Below are positions 1-10,113 of a DNA stretch of 64,000 bases, one piece after another. Under the pieces are notes generated by a model that worked only from the letters and a program-made list of their open reading frames with translations, ran no database searches and was not told the DNA's origin. The translations under genes were made by a program, and so were the position numbers. This DNA is from an uncultured Planctomycetaceae bacterium (lineage in GTDB: Bacteria > Planctomycetota > Planctomycetia > Pirellulales > Thermoguttaceae): assembly GCA_964447865.1 (NCBI GenBank), contig CAYUUL010000006.1, forward strand, positions 950 to 64,949, read 5' to 3'. Each line of letters opens with the position of its first letter. Position 1 is the first letter of the stretch.

Positions 1-876
1 GGGCTTACCGATATTGCACAGAAATATTATGAAACGAAAATCGACCCTACCATCCGTGATTTCACCACACCCGGTATGACATTGTCTGTCTATCCACAAA
101 CAATCAATCCGGGTTATGATCTTTCCACAATCACAATTCTTGTAACCGCGGAAACACGCGGTATATCCGAAACGGAACTCGAAGTAAAGTCTTGTGGTAA
201 TTTGAAAGCGACCTCAATAGAGAGTAGCTCAAAACCAGGTTTTTTTTCCATCAAATTAACAGGGCCCACCTCCGCGTTGCCAACCAATCTTGTTGTAAAA
301 ATTGGAAATATCGAACGTACTTTGCTTATCAATGCGCCATATTTTGTTGCGACTGGCTTTGTTCTCGCAGACAATGCAACTTTCAGCAAACCGGAAGATT
401 TTCCACGCAACAAGGCTCTAACCGATATTGACACAGCCGTTCTTGCAGGAAAGGATCCGTTACAGGATTCGTTTATTTCACCAACCAACGGCGCCCCTCT
501 GACATGGACAATGTATTTTCCAACAATGTTTAAAACGGGTGCAGACAACCCCAATGCAATTGATATTGCATCAATAGCCCCGGCTAACGCATTTGAAGGA
601 GCCTACGTCGTTCGTTACATTACTAGTCCCAAGGCACAAAAAGCAACACTTAAATTGAATTCTGAAGGATTTAGCACTACTGCGATAGAAACGATCTACC
701 TAAATGGAAAAGAGGTTTATTTTGACACGCTTTCTCCTCGTCACATAAAAGCCAAGGATGAAGTTGTAGTTGATTTACAAGAAGGCGTTAATATTTTAGT
801 ATCCCGAGTCGACCATACCTTCTGGCAATGGGGCACTTCCTTTTCTTTTGAAAATGCAGAGGGATTAACGTTCTAA
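1..876 (+). CDS. hypothetical protein, C-terminal part (ORF is open to the left window edge)
   Basis: Frame 1 has no stop from nt 1 (GLTDIAQKYYETKIDPTIRDFTTPG precedes the first Met at 76) to the TAA at 874-876. The sequence is beta-rich, and the last ~100 aa look like a jelly-roll or sugar-binding-like module (ATLKLNSEGF..IYLNGKEVY). No family recognised. Confidence 0.6.
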   Translation, partial: GLTDIAQKYYETKIDPTIRDFTTPGMTLSVYPQTINPGYDLSTITILVTAETRGISETELEVKSCGNLKATSIESSSKPGFFSIKLTGPTSALPTNLVVKIGNIERTLLINAPYFVATGFVLADNATFSKPEDFPRNKALTDIDTAVLAGKDPLQDSFISPTNGAPLTWTMYFPTMFKTGADNPNAIDIASIAPANAFEGAYVVRYITSPKAQKATLKLNSEGFSTTAIETIYLNGKEVYFDTLSPRHIKAKDEVVVDLQEGVNILVSRVDHTFWQWGTSFSFENAEGLTF

Positions 877-1092
877 TGCGCAACCATACTCATGATGAAA
901 TTTTCCTTTGTCTACCATCATAATTATGATTGAAAGTTTTTTATTTTGGTCAGATATCAAGGAAAATCAAAAATAACGATATCTAACCCAGACATAAGGA
1001 TGTTAACGGAATAAAGGACAACGTTTGTGTCTAAAATTCAGCGTTGTCTTTTGTACGTGTAAATTATTCAAAAGTTCGATAAGGTTATGTAT

Positions 1093-2247
1093 TTATTCAA
1101 TACTGAATTCGAATTCTTGACGTTCGGCGTGGTACCAAGCATTTTTTTGAGTACTTGGAGAAATCGCAAAAAGCGGGGAAAATGTACGTACCTTAACTAA
1201 TTTCATATCCTTAGAGAATTCTAGGAGTTGAATCCAACCGTCCCCTCCATTCCCTTCCCAGCCGCCTCCCATTGCCTGCATATCACAGAGAATTTGCGCA
1301 ACGTTTTTACCAGCTTCGTTTGTATCAACACGAAATCCAGTACAACCATCCATGTTATCAGCAGTAGAATGATGGCCACAAAGAATCATACGTATGTTAG
1401 CAGTTGAATAAACTAGTTTTTCCCAAATTGTCTGTCCTGCATTTCCCCCAACTTTATTGAGCTCATAATGTTCTTCCATATCACGTTTACAATTTGACGT
1501 ATACGGGCGCATATAAGAATGTGTAACGAGAATCCCAAAGGCGTCAGCATTCTCAGGACGTTCAAAAATGCTTTTTGCCCAAGCTAACGTTTCGTCTCTT
1601 GGAGCAAACTCAACAACGACGATAACAACACGTTTACCGTTGTTAGCAATAATTTGATACGCAGCATTTTCAAGAGTTTTCACCCCATAGGTATTTTCGA
1701 AAGTTTCAAACAAAACGCCAAAGTTTGACGGATTTGCGTTTATAGGAAAATAAGTATTAAATTGTGTTTCACGATTCATGGACGAACGCGTACCATAGTG
1801 TTCCCCATCTGGATAAATATATGGTCCGTAGTCATGATTTCCAGTACAAACAACAGATGGACAAACACCGTAGAGCCGTTCAAACGCTTTTGAAGAACAT
1901 TCCCACATTTCCTTACTCGTTTGATTGGCATATTTTCCGTCTGCCTGTTGTAAATTATTTGACTCAACCATATCGCCAACACACACAGCAACTTTGACGT
2001 CGAGTTTTTTTGTATTTTCAGCAATCCACGTCGTAATTAAGTCGTAGATTCCCTGATTTCTTGAATAACGAGTATACGCCTGTGGGTCAGGAATAAGAAC
2101 CAAGGTCCAACCACCTTCCTGTTGAATTGCAGGCGGCTCGTAACCTTGTGTATTTTGATTCAGTAAGTCTTGCGCACATACTTGTTTAACATATAAAACA
2201 TCAATTATCGCTATTACCAAGAATAAAAAAATTTTTCTTTTTAACAT
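1093..2247 (-). CDS. secreted calcineurin-like metallophosphoesterase
   Basis: Metallophosphoesterase motifs are visible: GDMVESN, GNHD, VTHSYM, CGHHS. I moved the start to the internal Met (CAT at 2245-2247), which gives a Sec-type signal MLKRKIFLFLVIAIIDVLYVKQVCAQ. Confidence 0.8.
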   Translation of the reverse strand: MLKRKIFLFLVIAIIDVLYVKQVCAQDLLNQNTQGYEPPAIQQEGGWTLVLIPDPQAYTRYSRNQGIYDLITTWIAENTKKLDVKVAVCVGDMVESNNLQQADGKYANQTSKEMWECSSKAFERLYGVCPSVVCTGNHDYGPYIYPDGEHYGTRSSMNRETQFNTYFPINANPSNFGVLFETFENTYGVKTLENAAYQIIANNGKRVVIVVVEFAPRDETLAWAKSIFERPENADAFGILVTHSYMRPYTSNCKRDMEEHYELNKVGGNAGQTIWEKLVYSTANIRMILCGHHSTADNMDGCTGFRVDTNEAGKNVAQILCDMQAMGGGWEGNGGDGWIQLLEFSKDMKLVKVRTFSPLFAISPSTQKNAWYHAERQEFEFSIE

Positions 2248-2471
2248 TATACATTTTCCTAATTCAAAGTTAGAAAGTTTATTAAGTATGTCAGAAAAAA
2301 CAACTATATTAATGATATTTTTACAACAAAATTTCAAGCAAAGCAATTACTTCTGTTTATAATAATTACGGTGAATGTTGTCTAATACCAATTTATCATC
2401 GCGACAATCAGGTAAAAGAGAACATAACAACGTGATTGCGAACATCTTCCCCCCGATAAAAGAGAAAATTT

Positions 2472-2807
2472 ATGTTAAAAAAATCATTACCGTTAGTAAT
2501 TGTGTTCATTCTGTTTCTTGCCTTACCCGCCGAGTCCAACGCCCCTCATTACTATCCAGCACGTCTTTGCTGTAACTGCGGTTTCGGCAGTAAGATTCAA
2601 ATTTGCCTTCACTGTGGCAAATGGATCGGTTCCACGTATTATCAAGCGCGCCTCTGCTATAATTGCGGTTTTGGTAACAAAAATCAAAATTGTGTCAAAT
2701 GTTCCAAATGGTGTGGAAGTCAATCTTACGAGGCTCGTCTTTGTCCAAATTGCGGCTTCGGAATTAAAAAAGAAAACTGCGTCAAGTGCGGTAGGTGGGC
2801 ACACTAA
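2472..2807 (+). CDS. small secreted Cys-rich protein with three tandem 29-aa CxNC..CxxC repeats (family unknown)
   Basis: Signal peptide MLKKSLPLVIVFILFLALPAESNA. The mature 87 aa carry 14 Cys. The unit ARLCxNCGFGxKxxxCxxCx[KR]W occurs three times with Cys spacing C33/C62/C91. Confidence 0.6.
   Translation: MLKKSLPLVIVFILFLALPAESNAPHYYPARLCCNCGFGSKIQICLHCGKWIGSTYYQARLCYNCGFGNKNQNCVKCSKWCGSQSYEARLCPNCGFGIKKENCVKCGRWAH
2550..2804 (+). repeat. three tandem 87-nt (29-codon) coding repeats inside the Cys-rich ORF
   Basis: The three units read YYPARLCCNCGFGSKIQICLHCGKW / YYQARLCYNCGFGNKNQNCVKCSKW / SYEARLCPNCGFGIKKENCVKCGRW. Confidence 0.8.
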
Positions 2808-3292
2808 AATAAACGCCTGTTTCATCGGCAACTTTAGTCTTTTCATACACCCAAGGTTTCTTCATATGTCATTCGTCGTAAATAGCGTAAAATTTGAACG
2901 TTCTAACTTTTCCATGTCCAAAATGATAAGGCACATTCTTTATTTTTTGGAGAACATTAGGTAGCCAATCATCTTTTAAAGTGAGAAAATATGGAATAGA
3001 TTCCAACAACACGCCATAACACTCCCCCCACTTTGAGCGTCTCTGGTTAGTGGAAGAATGTTTTTATGCTAAAATCAATCCTCTAGAACAGGTTAAAAGG
3101 TATTTACGAGCAACCCACAAAACCATTACCATTAAACAGAAATCCTATGAATCAGACGCGAACACAATCGACGAAAACTTATTCAAAAATATCAATGTAG
3201 ACGTCACATGTCGAATACAAGATCCGTAAGATGGACTTTATTCCGACGTAAAAACAAACATATAAGTACATTATTTATTTGAGCGGACCATC

Positions 3293-4138
3293 ATGTTTTC
3301 TATTCCTAAACCTTCCGAAACGAACAACGAACCACAATCACTTCAATTTTCCTTTTTTGACTACGTTTACTCTCTGGCTTCTCCAAGCAATCGAAAAACG
3401 ACAATAATACTTCTCTACACAGTTATCGCATTATCAGTATGGAAATATATTCCGTCATCAGAACATTTTATTGATCCATCGACAGGAACTTGTCTTTTGA
3501 GTTCTTTTACTTCTGTTGATACCATAACGTCAGAAGTCAAACCTTTAGATGGAAAACATTCCTCTCATATTTCGTTTTTACAGTTTCTCTGGAACTCGCG
3601 AAAGATCTGGGCGGCATTTTTTATTATGGGAGTGTTTCCAGTAGTTATAGTCAAGTTTTGTTTCAAAGAAAACCTAGCAGACTATGGTCTTGGCAAAGGA
3701 CTTTTTAAAAGGACGTTAAAAAACACTTGTATATTTCTTCCCATTATGCTTGTTCTTGGGTGGATTAGCGGATTCGATAAAGCATTTTACACAGTCTATC
3801 CTTTCAATCCGCTAGCAGGTATATCGTGGCCAGCGCTTATCATACATTCAACGATGTATCTTTTCCTCTATTACCTAGCATGGGAGTTTATGTTCCGCGG
3901 CTTCCTCCAACTTGGGCTAGCTTCACAAATAGGTTCGGTTCCTGCGATTTTGCTTCAGGTACTAGCGTCAACTATGCTTCATTATGGGCATCCTGCATCC
4001 GAAACATTTGGATGTATCGCAGGTGGTTTACTCTGGGGCTTCCTCGTTTATAGGACAAAATCAATTTATTCAGGCTGGATTCAACACGCACTTTTAGGAA
4101 TAAGTTTAGACTGGAGTCTGGTATTAAACTCAATTTAG
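3293..4138 (+). CDS. CPBP family (CAAX/Abi-type) intramembrane metalloprotease
   Basis: Polytopic membrane protein with CPBP-like motifs: LAWEFMFRGFL (E-x3-R motif), STMLHYGH and IQHALLGISLD in successive helices. Confidence 0.7.
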   Translation: MFSIPKPSETNNEPQSLQFSFFDYVYSLASPSNRKTTIILLYTVIALSVWKYIPSSEHFIDPSTGTCLLSSFTSVDTITSEVKPLDGKHSSHISFLQFLWNSRKIWAAFFIMGVFPVVIVKFCFKENLADYGLGKGLFKRTLKNTCIFLPIMLVLGWISGFDKAFYTVYPFNPLAGISWPALIIHSTMYLFLYYLAWEFMFRGFLQLGLASQIGSVPAILLQVLASTMLHYGHPASETFGCIAGGLLWGFLVYRTKSIYSGWIQHALLGISLDWSLVLNSI

Positions 4139-4233
4139 TAAAGCGTATATTTTCGCGTCCAATAAAAACCTCGCAAATGTCACCAACAGAAGCGAGGTTT
4201 TCGTTTTGTTTTAACAGCGAACTAAGCGCATGT

Positions 4234-6627
4234 TCAACGCCGTTGCAAGTACATCCAGTTTTTCACCTTCTTTTGTAGTTCCTCTGGTAATTCGTTACGC
4301 GAGCGCTGGATCACCCCTCGCCATTCACCATTTCCACTTTTCCAGATCGCCACATCAATCGGATCATCACCAATAACTTCATCCGTAAAATTAACATTAA
4401 AATTTCCCACATTCAAAAAGCGCAATTCGGTAGCAACCAGCGCATTGAGTTCACCTTTTTCATCAAATCGGATAGCAAACACACCATTAGCCTTGACAGA
4501 AACCCTCCTAGTCGACACTCCATCGTTAAGAAGAACGGTTTCATTTTCCAATATTATCGGATCTCCCAAATCATTATCCTGTGCTGCAATCCATACGATT
4601 GTACCATCAAGATAACGTGACATAGACTTTCTCGTCGGTCTTGCTGACACTTCATCTCCTGGTTCAAATTGGTAATCGCTTTTTTTCCAAGGCGTTTGCA
4701 AAACAACTTTTTGTTTTTTTAGGAAATCAATTGTTTTTTCAACTAAAATATTCCTATCCTCGTCAGAAGCATCAACAGAAAGGGAAACAATCCGAGTTCT
4801 ACAGTCATCGGATTTTTTTGCTAAAGTACACAGGGCTTCATAATCTTGTTTTTCAGCCGAACTTTCACAGCCATACAATATAATCACTTGATATTTCTGT
4901 TTCCCGTATTTCAGGAATCCATCGTCAAACGTCCATCGTGATTTACCATCCTGATTACTTGACGAAAACTCGTCAATTGGGATTAGATCCGCAATATATC
5001 CTCTAGTCGCAAATCGATCACATATATCCCAACCAATAGCCTTGTATTCAGGACGTAAAGGATTAGAAGCAGCAAAACGCCCAAAGAGAACCGCTACAGG
5101 AGAATCAATAGGAGAATCGGAAATCAAACTCAGCATTCTCACCTTTTGCCGAATTTTGGCAACGTCTCCATCCGCTATAAGAGGAAGCCATTTATTGTCA
5201 AGATCGTTTTTGGGTGAATTTTCATCACGCGGATAGATTTGATGAATATGCACGCGCCCTCCAGAAGCAGCAGAAGTCCAATGTTCCCAGATATAAAGAG
5301 AAGTCTGACCAGCATAAAACATATTAATCCAATGTGAATCTGTAGCTTTTGCCATGGAATTCCGTACACAAAATGGGACATATTCATCAGTTTGAGCTAT
5401 ATCCCGTGGCGCCTTCCACCACATAATACTATTCTTCCGCATTTCCAAAGTATTTGGCCAAGGATACCATGTTGTGTGAACCCCCACAAAAGCATCCTTT
5501 CCCCAAAATTTTTTATTCAATTCATAATTTTGCTTTTCAAAAATAACAACGCGATCCCCACAAAGCCGATGAAAACGATCGACGGCGAAAATACGTTCAT
5601 CATCATATCCTTGTCTTGGACGAAACGCTAAAAAAAGGTCATCCAGTAGATCTTTTTTATCATATTTGTTCGCATAAGCGACACGCATACGTTCTGAATA
5701 CCAAAAATCATCAAGATTATCATCACGATTAAAGCATGGAGGAAATCCCCATTCGTCCTTACAAGCTCCCCAAAGTGGGACGTCTGAATAGGATTTATAA
5801 ATTTTTCTTTCTAGTTCAAGAATTTCGTCGGCAAAAATATCCGGATAGGCATAGCGAAAGGCAACTGCACAAGTTATAAAAGCACGCTTTTGAAGTAGAC
5901 TCGAATTTTTGAAATCTATTTTTAAACTATTACGCGACGTAGAATCGACGTCAAGTCCACGTTTATCCTCAACAAAGTATTGATTTTTATCCCATGAAGC
6001 AAAGTCAGTCACATCAACAATAGACTCAGAAACAATCTCCCCCTTTTCATTTTTGTCATACGCCCAAGCTTTAACTACGCGTCCCCCGCGAACGAAATAA
6101 GGAAGATTACCCGTATAATGATCGTTTAAGTCATTACAGACAAATTCAAATGCAATATTCTCTCCATCAATATTGGCTTCTTTGAAAAAGAGTCGTTCTT
6201 GAGCAAGATCAGGATGTTCTTTTTCAAAATCATATCGAGCAATTCGAACGTCTAGGTCAACAAGTGTTTTTATTCCGTATTTATTTAGCGCATATTCAAC
6301 GGCCTTTTTTGTCATTTTGTGTTCTTGTCTATTACCAACAATAGAATTTTTCGAACGATTTGTAAGTAACATGGCGTCAAAAGCGCCATAGGGAGCAACC
6401 AAATCCACCGCATTTTTATAATCGTCACCACTCAAATCGAAGGACCAAAAACACCCTAATTCAGGAGTTATACTTTTTCCATCAACTTTAGTTGGCAAAC
6501 GATCTGGCGCGAGCGGATTCAAAGGCGGAACTTCTTTTGTAAAAACCGTTCCAGAAAGAATCAATAACGCATTCAAAACGATCAGACACTTACTTCCCCA
6601 TTTATACAAACCATTGATTTCAAGCAT
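4234..6627 (-). CDS. secreted 797-aa hypothetical protein, possibly an unclassified glycoside-hydrolase-like enzyme
   Basis: Uninterrupted long ORF with an N-terminal hydrophobic signal (KCLIVLNALLILSGTVFT). It is rich in W/Y/D as carbohydrate-active enzymes often are. I recognise no catalytic motif. Confidence 0.6.
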   Translation of the reverse strand: MLEINGLYKWGSKCLIVLNALLILSGTVFTKEVPPLNPLAPDRLPTKVDGKSITPELGCFWSFDLSGDDYKNAVDLVAPYGAFDAMLLTNRSKNSIVGNRQEHKMTKKAVEYALNKYGIKTLVDLDVRIARYDFEKEHPDLAQERLFFKEANIDGENIAFEFVCNDLNDHYTGNLPYFVRGGRVVKAWAYDKNEKGEIVSESIVDVTDFASWDKNQYFVEDKRGLDVDSTSRNSLKIDFKNSSLLQKRAFITCAVAFRYAYPDIFADEILELERKIYKSYSDVPLWGACKDEWGFPPCFNRDDNLDDFWYSERMRVAYANKYDKKDLLDDLFLAFRPRQGYDDERIFAVDRFHRLCGDRVVIFEKQNYELNKKFWGKDAFVGVHTTWYPWPNTLEMRKNSIMWWKAPRDIAQTDEYVPFCVRNSMAKATDSHWINMFYAGQTSLYIWEHWTSAASGGRVHIHQIYPRDENSPKNDLDNKWLPLIADGDVAKIRQKVRMLSLISDSPIDSPVAVLFGRFAASNPLRPEYKAIGWDICDRFATRGYIADLIPIDEFSSSNQDGKSRWTFDDGFLKYGKQKYQVIILYGCESSAEKQDYEALCTLAKKSDDCRTRIVSLSVDASDEDRNILVEKTIDFLKKQKVVLQTPWKKSDYQFEPGDEVSARPTRKSMSRYLDGTIVWIAAQDNDLGDPIILENETVLLNDGVSTRRVSVKANGVFAIRFDEKGELNALVATELRFLNVGNFNVNFTDEVIGDDPIDVAIWKSGNGEWRGVIQRSRNELPEELQKKVKNWMYLQRR

Positions 6628-7004
6628 GACAATTGTTCCCTAAAAGTAAACACACGACACAACGTCGCTTCCTCATAAAAGTAACATGAAAAGTTCCCTC
6701 ACATTCAGTTACTTTACCTAAAAAGTCCACATCAAACATGATCAACAACGAGCCTAATTATATACAAAAAAAAGCAAATGTTTATCAGAAAATTGTTGAA
6801 ACGCCCTTTACATACATTTCAAAATACGTCATTATCCATCCACGCGAGTTGACGAATACGATCGATCATCGCCATTTGTAGTCAGACTTCATCAAGTCGA
6901 TCTAAGTTAGGCAAATAGAATTTTACGCAGTATGTTTACGCCATTTACGTAAAATATAACAGGACGTCTTGTCATATGTATTGACGTTTCAAGGAGAAAA
7001 CAAA

Positions 7005-7802
7005 GTGAAACACGCTCGTATGATCTTTACGGCGCTTACTTGCGCTCTACTATGCTTCGTTAGCGATTTTGTACAAGCACAACAAGCTCAGAGCGCGGCT
7101 CCGCAAGCTCGCGCAACAGCACAGAAAAACTTACTTGTCGGCGTTGTCGATCTGCGCTCAGTCCTCCAAAATCATCCAGTGGTTGTCGACGATATTCCGG
7201 CTCTCAGTCTTCAACTTCAACAGGAACAAGTTACTCTTAGTAAAGCTAAAGAAGATGCAGACAAAAAGGTCGCCAGTCTTCAAAAAGAGTATAATTTAGC
7301 ATTAGGAACCCCTGAATTTGAAGATAAAGTAGGCGTGGTTCGTAAAGAATACAGCGATGCGGAATTTAAAGCACGAGAAGTTCAACAAAAATTAGTTGCT
7401 CAACGCACACAGCTTTTATTCAAAGCCTACCAAGATTTGCAGCAAGCAATAGAGACAGTTGCAAAACAAAATGGGATTATTATAGTTCATTCCAAGATCA
7501 AGCTTGCAGTTCCAGAAGATGCAAGCGTTTCCAAAGAAGTCGTCGCGCTTGAAGAAGCTGATCAAAATTCGATCATTTGGAATCGTCCAGAGTGTGATAT
7601 TACTGAACAAGTCAAAAAGCAACTTACGGTAATCGCAGGAACACCCAGCCAAAAGGCGGAAGTCGGCAGTTCTCTTAATAATCTCGGAACGCAAGCGTTG
7701 AACGCTCGCGCGACGGCAGGAGTTGGCTCAACCCCAACGTCCAATGCCGCGCGTCCAGTAAATAGAACAGCTAACCTTCCCACTACGCAACAACGCCGCT
7801 AA
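7005..7802 (+). CDS. skp: OmpH/Skp-like periplasmic chaperone
   Basis: GTG at 7005 lies 8 nt after AAGGAG (6991-6996). Signal MIFTALTCALLCFVSDFVQAQ, OmpH-type N-terminus LLVGVVDLRSVLQNHP, and a K/E/Q-rich coiled-coil body. It sits directly upstream of lpxC. Confidence 0.7.
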   Translation: MKHARMIFTALTCALLCFVSDFVQAQQAQSAAPQARATAQKNLLVGVVDLRSVLQNHPVVVDDIPALSLQLQQEQVTLSKAKEDADKKVASLQKEYNLALGTPEFEDKVGVVRKEYSDAEFKAREVQQKLVAQRTQLLFKAYQDLQQAIETVAKQNGIIIVHSKIKLAVPEDASVSKEVVALEEADQNSIIWNRPECDITEQVKKQLTVIAGTPSQKAEVGSSLNNLGTQALNARATAGVGSTPTSNAARPVNRTANLPTTQQRR

Positions 7803-7842
7803 ATCAACCTCAAAGAATGTAACGCAAATAGCGAGACATTAA

Positions 7843-7873
7843 GCCGCCGATCCTTTACGTCGGCGGTTTTTTT
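7843..7873 (+). terminator. intrinsic terminator after skp
   Basis: Stem ccgccga (7844-7850) pairs with tcggcgg (7860-7866), followed by T7 (7867-7873). Confidence 0.7.
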
Positions 7874-7902
7874 ATAGAAAAACTTGCGCTTGGAGAAACC
7901 GT

Positions 7903-8799
7903 ATGATCCTAGAGGTTCCTAAGATAAAGCGGATCGAATCGACCCGACGACAACGTACGATCGCAACCAAAGTCATAATTCAAGGTTTTGGTTTTTGGTC
8001 GGGTCAAGACGTCATCTATTCATTTTACCCAGCTGAAGACAACACTGGGATTCGATTTATTCGCGAAGATATTCCGAATTCCCAACCAATACCAGCTTTA
8101 CTTACCTATAGAATTAAAAAGCCACGTCAAACAAGCCTAGCCACCGGAAAAGCTCAAGTCGACATGGTAGAACATATCTTAGCAGCTTTAAAAGGCGCAC
8201 TAATCGACAACTGTGAAGTTAGAGTAAGCCGAGCGGAAGCTCCTGGACTGGACGGTTCTGCCCGTGATTTTATTGCCGAGTTTTTAAAAGCAGGAACAGA
8301 GGAACAAGCGTCAGAACGTATTCGCATGCAGATCGTTACAGAGGGAAAATATGTAGACGAAAAGAACGCCTCGATTTTTTTTCGTCCCAACAATGATAAC
8401 AAATCGATCTATACTTATCGTCTTTACTATGACAATCCCAGTCCAATTCCAAACCAAACCGCAGAGTTTGATCTCACGTTGCCCCCCAAAGACTTTCAAA
8501 ATGAAATCGCTTCATGTCGAACATTTTTAACACTTAACGAGGCGGAGGTCTTACGTTCTCACGGTCTTGGCACACGCGTAAAAGCACAAGACATTTTAGT
8601 CTACGGTCCCAATGGACTCATCGACAATAAAGTATTATTTGACAACGAATGCGCGCGTCATAAGATTCTTGATATGATCGGAGACTTCTCTCTTACCTCA
8701 TTTGATTTGGTAGGTGAAATTCATGCGCAAAAAACGGGACATCAACAAAACGCAGACGCCTTAAGCGCAATCATTAACAGTATCGAAGCAAATTTCTGA
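7903..8799 (+). CDS. lpxC: UDP-3-O-acyl-N-acetylglucosamine deacetylase
   Basis: LpxC signatures: MVEHILAAL, ARHKILDMIGDFSL, and KTGHQQN near the C-terminus. Length 298 aa. Confidence 0.9.
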   Translation: MILEVPKIKRIESTRRQRTIATKVIIQGFGFWSGQDVIYSFYPAEDNTGIRFIREDIPNSQPIPALLTYRIKKPRQTSLATGKAQVDMVEHILAALKGALIDNCEVRVSRAEAPGLDGSARDFIAEFLKAGTEEQASERIRMQIVTEGKYVDEKNASIFFRPNNDNKSIYTYRLYYDNPSPIPNQTAEFDLTLPPKDFQNEIASCRTFLTLNEAEVLRSHGLGTRVKAQDILVYGPNGLIDNKVLFDNECARHKILDMIGDFSLTSFDLVGEIHAQKTGHQQNADALSAIINSIEANF

Positions 8800-8818
8800 A
8801 TTTTGAATCGATAAAAAA

Positions 8819-8845
8819 GCCGCTCATAAGAGCGGCATTTTTGTT
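8819..8845 (+). terminator. intrinsic terminator after lpxC
   Basis: Hairpin gccgctc-ataa-gagcggc, followed by atttttgtt. Confidence 0.75.
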
Positions 8846-9045
8846 GTACCTGAATAAGTGAACTTTTGAAAAATTGATCTTTTATAACACCTCTATATTC
8901 ACTAATATTACGAAACAGCTAGAAAGCGACCACCAACGCACAACTCTAACATTCACAATGTTCGAATGTTAGAATGATTACGATAAAAGACATAGAGGAA
9001 TGGATCATTTCAAACTGATCCTCATTAACCAAAAGGCGTTTTTAA

Positions 9046-10104
9046 ATGGAAAAAGTACGGTTAGGCGTAATTGGAACCGGTCGACTTGGCGGTTTTCACG
9101 CTTCAAAAGCAGCGGCAAATCCGGAAGTCGATTTTATCGGCGTTACCGATGTTTGCGAAGCAAACCGTAGACAAGTCGCGAACCAGTGGGGAGTTCACGC
9201 ATTCGCAACAATCGAATCACTTCTTCCTAATGTTGACGCTGTCGTTGTTGCGACGCCTTCTGTACTTCATGCCGAAATAGGGCGTCAAGTTCTTTTAGCA
9301 GGTAAACATCTCCTTGTAGAAAAACCAGCAACAACAAACGGCGCAACAGCGCTGGAACTTGCCAGTATTGCCGAATCCAAAGGTCTCGTCATGCAAGTAG
9401 GACACGTGGAACAGTACAATCCAGCTTGGCGAGTAGCGCAAGCCTACCTTTCCACCGTACGTACCGGAGAAGTTCCGGCCTATATCAACGCCAAACGAAC
9501 AAGTGGTTACACTTTTCGTTCAACTGACGTGGGAGCAACTTTTGATCTAATGATTCATGATCTTGAACTTATTCTATCATTAATTCCTTCTCCAGTCTCG
9601 CATATTTCCGCATTTGGTTTAACACAATTCTGCGGGCACGAAGACGCTTCATTCGCAACACTCGAATTTGCAAACGGATCGATTGCCAATCTACAGGCTT
9701 CTCGCGTCGAAATGACCCCAATTCGCCAAACGACAATCCGTACGGCAACACAATCTTTGTTCATAGATTTCGCGACGCGTTCCGCGAAACTGATTCGTCC
9801 TAGGCAAACAATCTTAAATGGGGACTACTCGCCCCAACGCGTTACATTTCCAGAAATGGCGTCACGAGTCAAGACATTCATGCAGGAAGAATTCGAGACA
9901 CAAGAACTTGTTCACGCTCCATTTGACGCGCTCGAATTTGAAATGCAGGATTTTGTATCCGCAATTCTTCGTCACACACCATCAACAGTTCCCGGTTTCC
10001 GCGCAGCACAAGCAGTCGCGATTGCCGAGCAAATCGTACGCGACCTCACAGCACGTGCAAGATTGTCTTCAAGTTCACCGGTTCGAACGCTAAAAGTCGC
10101 CTAA
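9046..10104 (+). CDS. Gfo/Idh/MocA family oxidoreductase
   Basis: N-terminal Rossmann motif VRLGVIGTGRLG and the EKP motif (LLVEKPATT). Typical length of 352 aa. Confidence 0.85.
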   Translation: MEKVRLGVIGTGRLGGFHASKAAANPEVDFIGVTDVCEANRRQVANQWGVHAFATIESLLPNVDAVVVATPSVLHAEIGRQVLLAGKHLLVEKPATTNGATALELASIAESKGLVMQVGHVEQYNPAWRVAQAYLSTVRTGEVPAYINAKRTSGYTFRSTDVGATFDLMIHDLELILSLIPSPVSHISAFGLTQFCGHEDASFATLEFANGSIANLQASRVEMTPIRQTTIRTATQSLFIDFATRSAKLIRPRQTILNGDYSPQRVTFPEMASRVKTFMQEEFETQELVHAPFDALEFEMQDFVSAILRHTPSTVPGFRAAQAVAIAEQIVRDLTARARLSSSSPVRTLKVA

Positions 10105-10113
10105 CCGTAGTCT

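Noticed and set aside
114-554. Long antisense or overlapping ORFs in the ORF track. Examples: 114-554, 20456-21145, 42562-43215, 45500-46153, 48417-49708, 59694-60536, 61733-62359.
   Set aside because: Each lies entirely inside a longer ORF on the opposite strand or in another frame that has clear family motifs. Their translations are low-complexity or Arg/Ser-rich, as expected for shadow frames.
2500-2964. 154-aa ORF overlapping the Cys-rich repeat gene in another frame.
   Set aside because: It has no signal or domain logic, and the periodic Cys repeat appears only in the 2472 frame. I treated it as a shadow ORF, though this leaves some doubt about the 2472 gene call.
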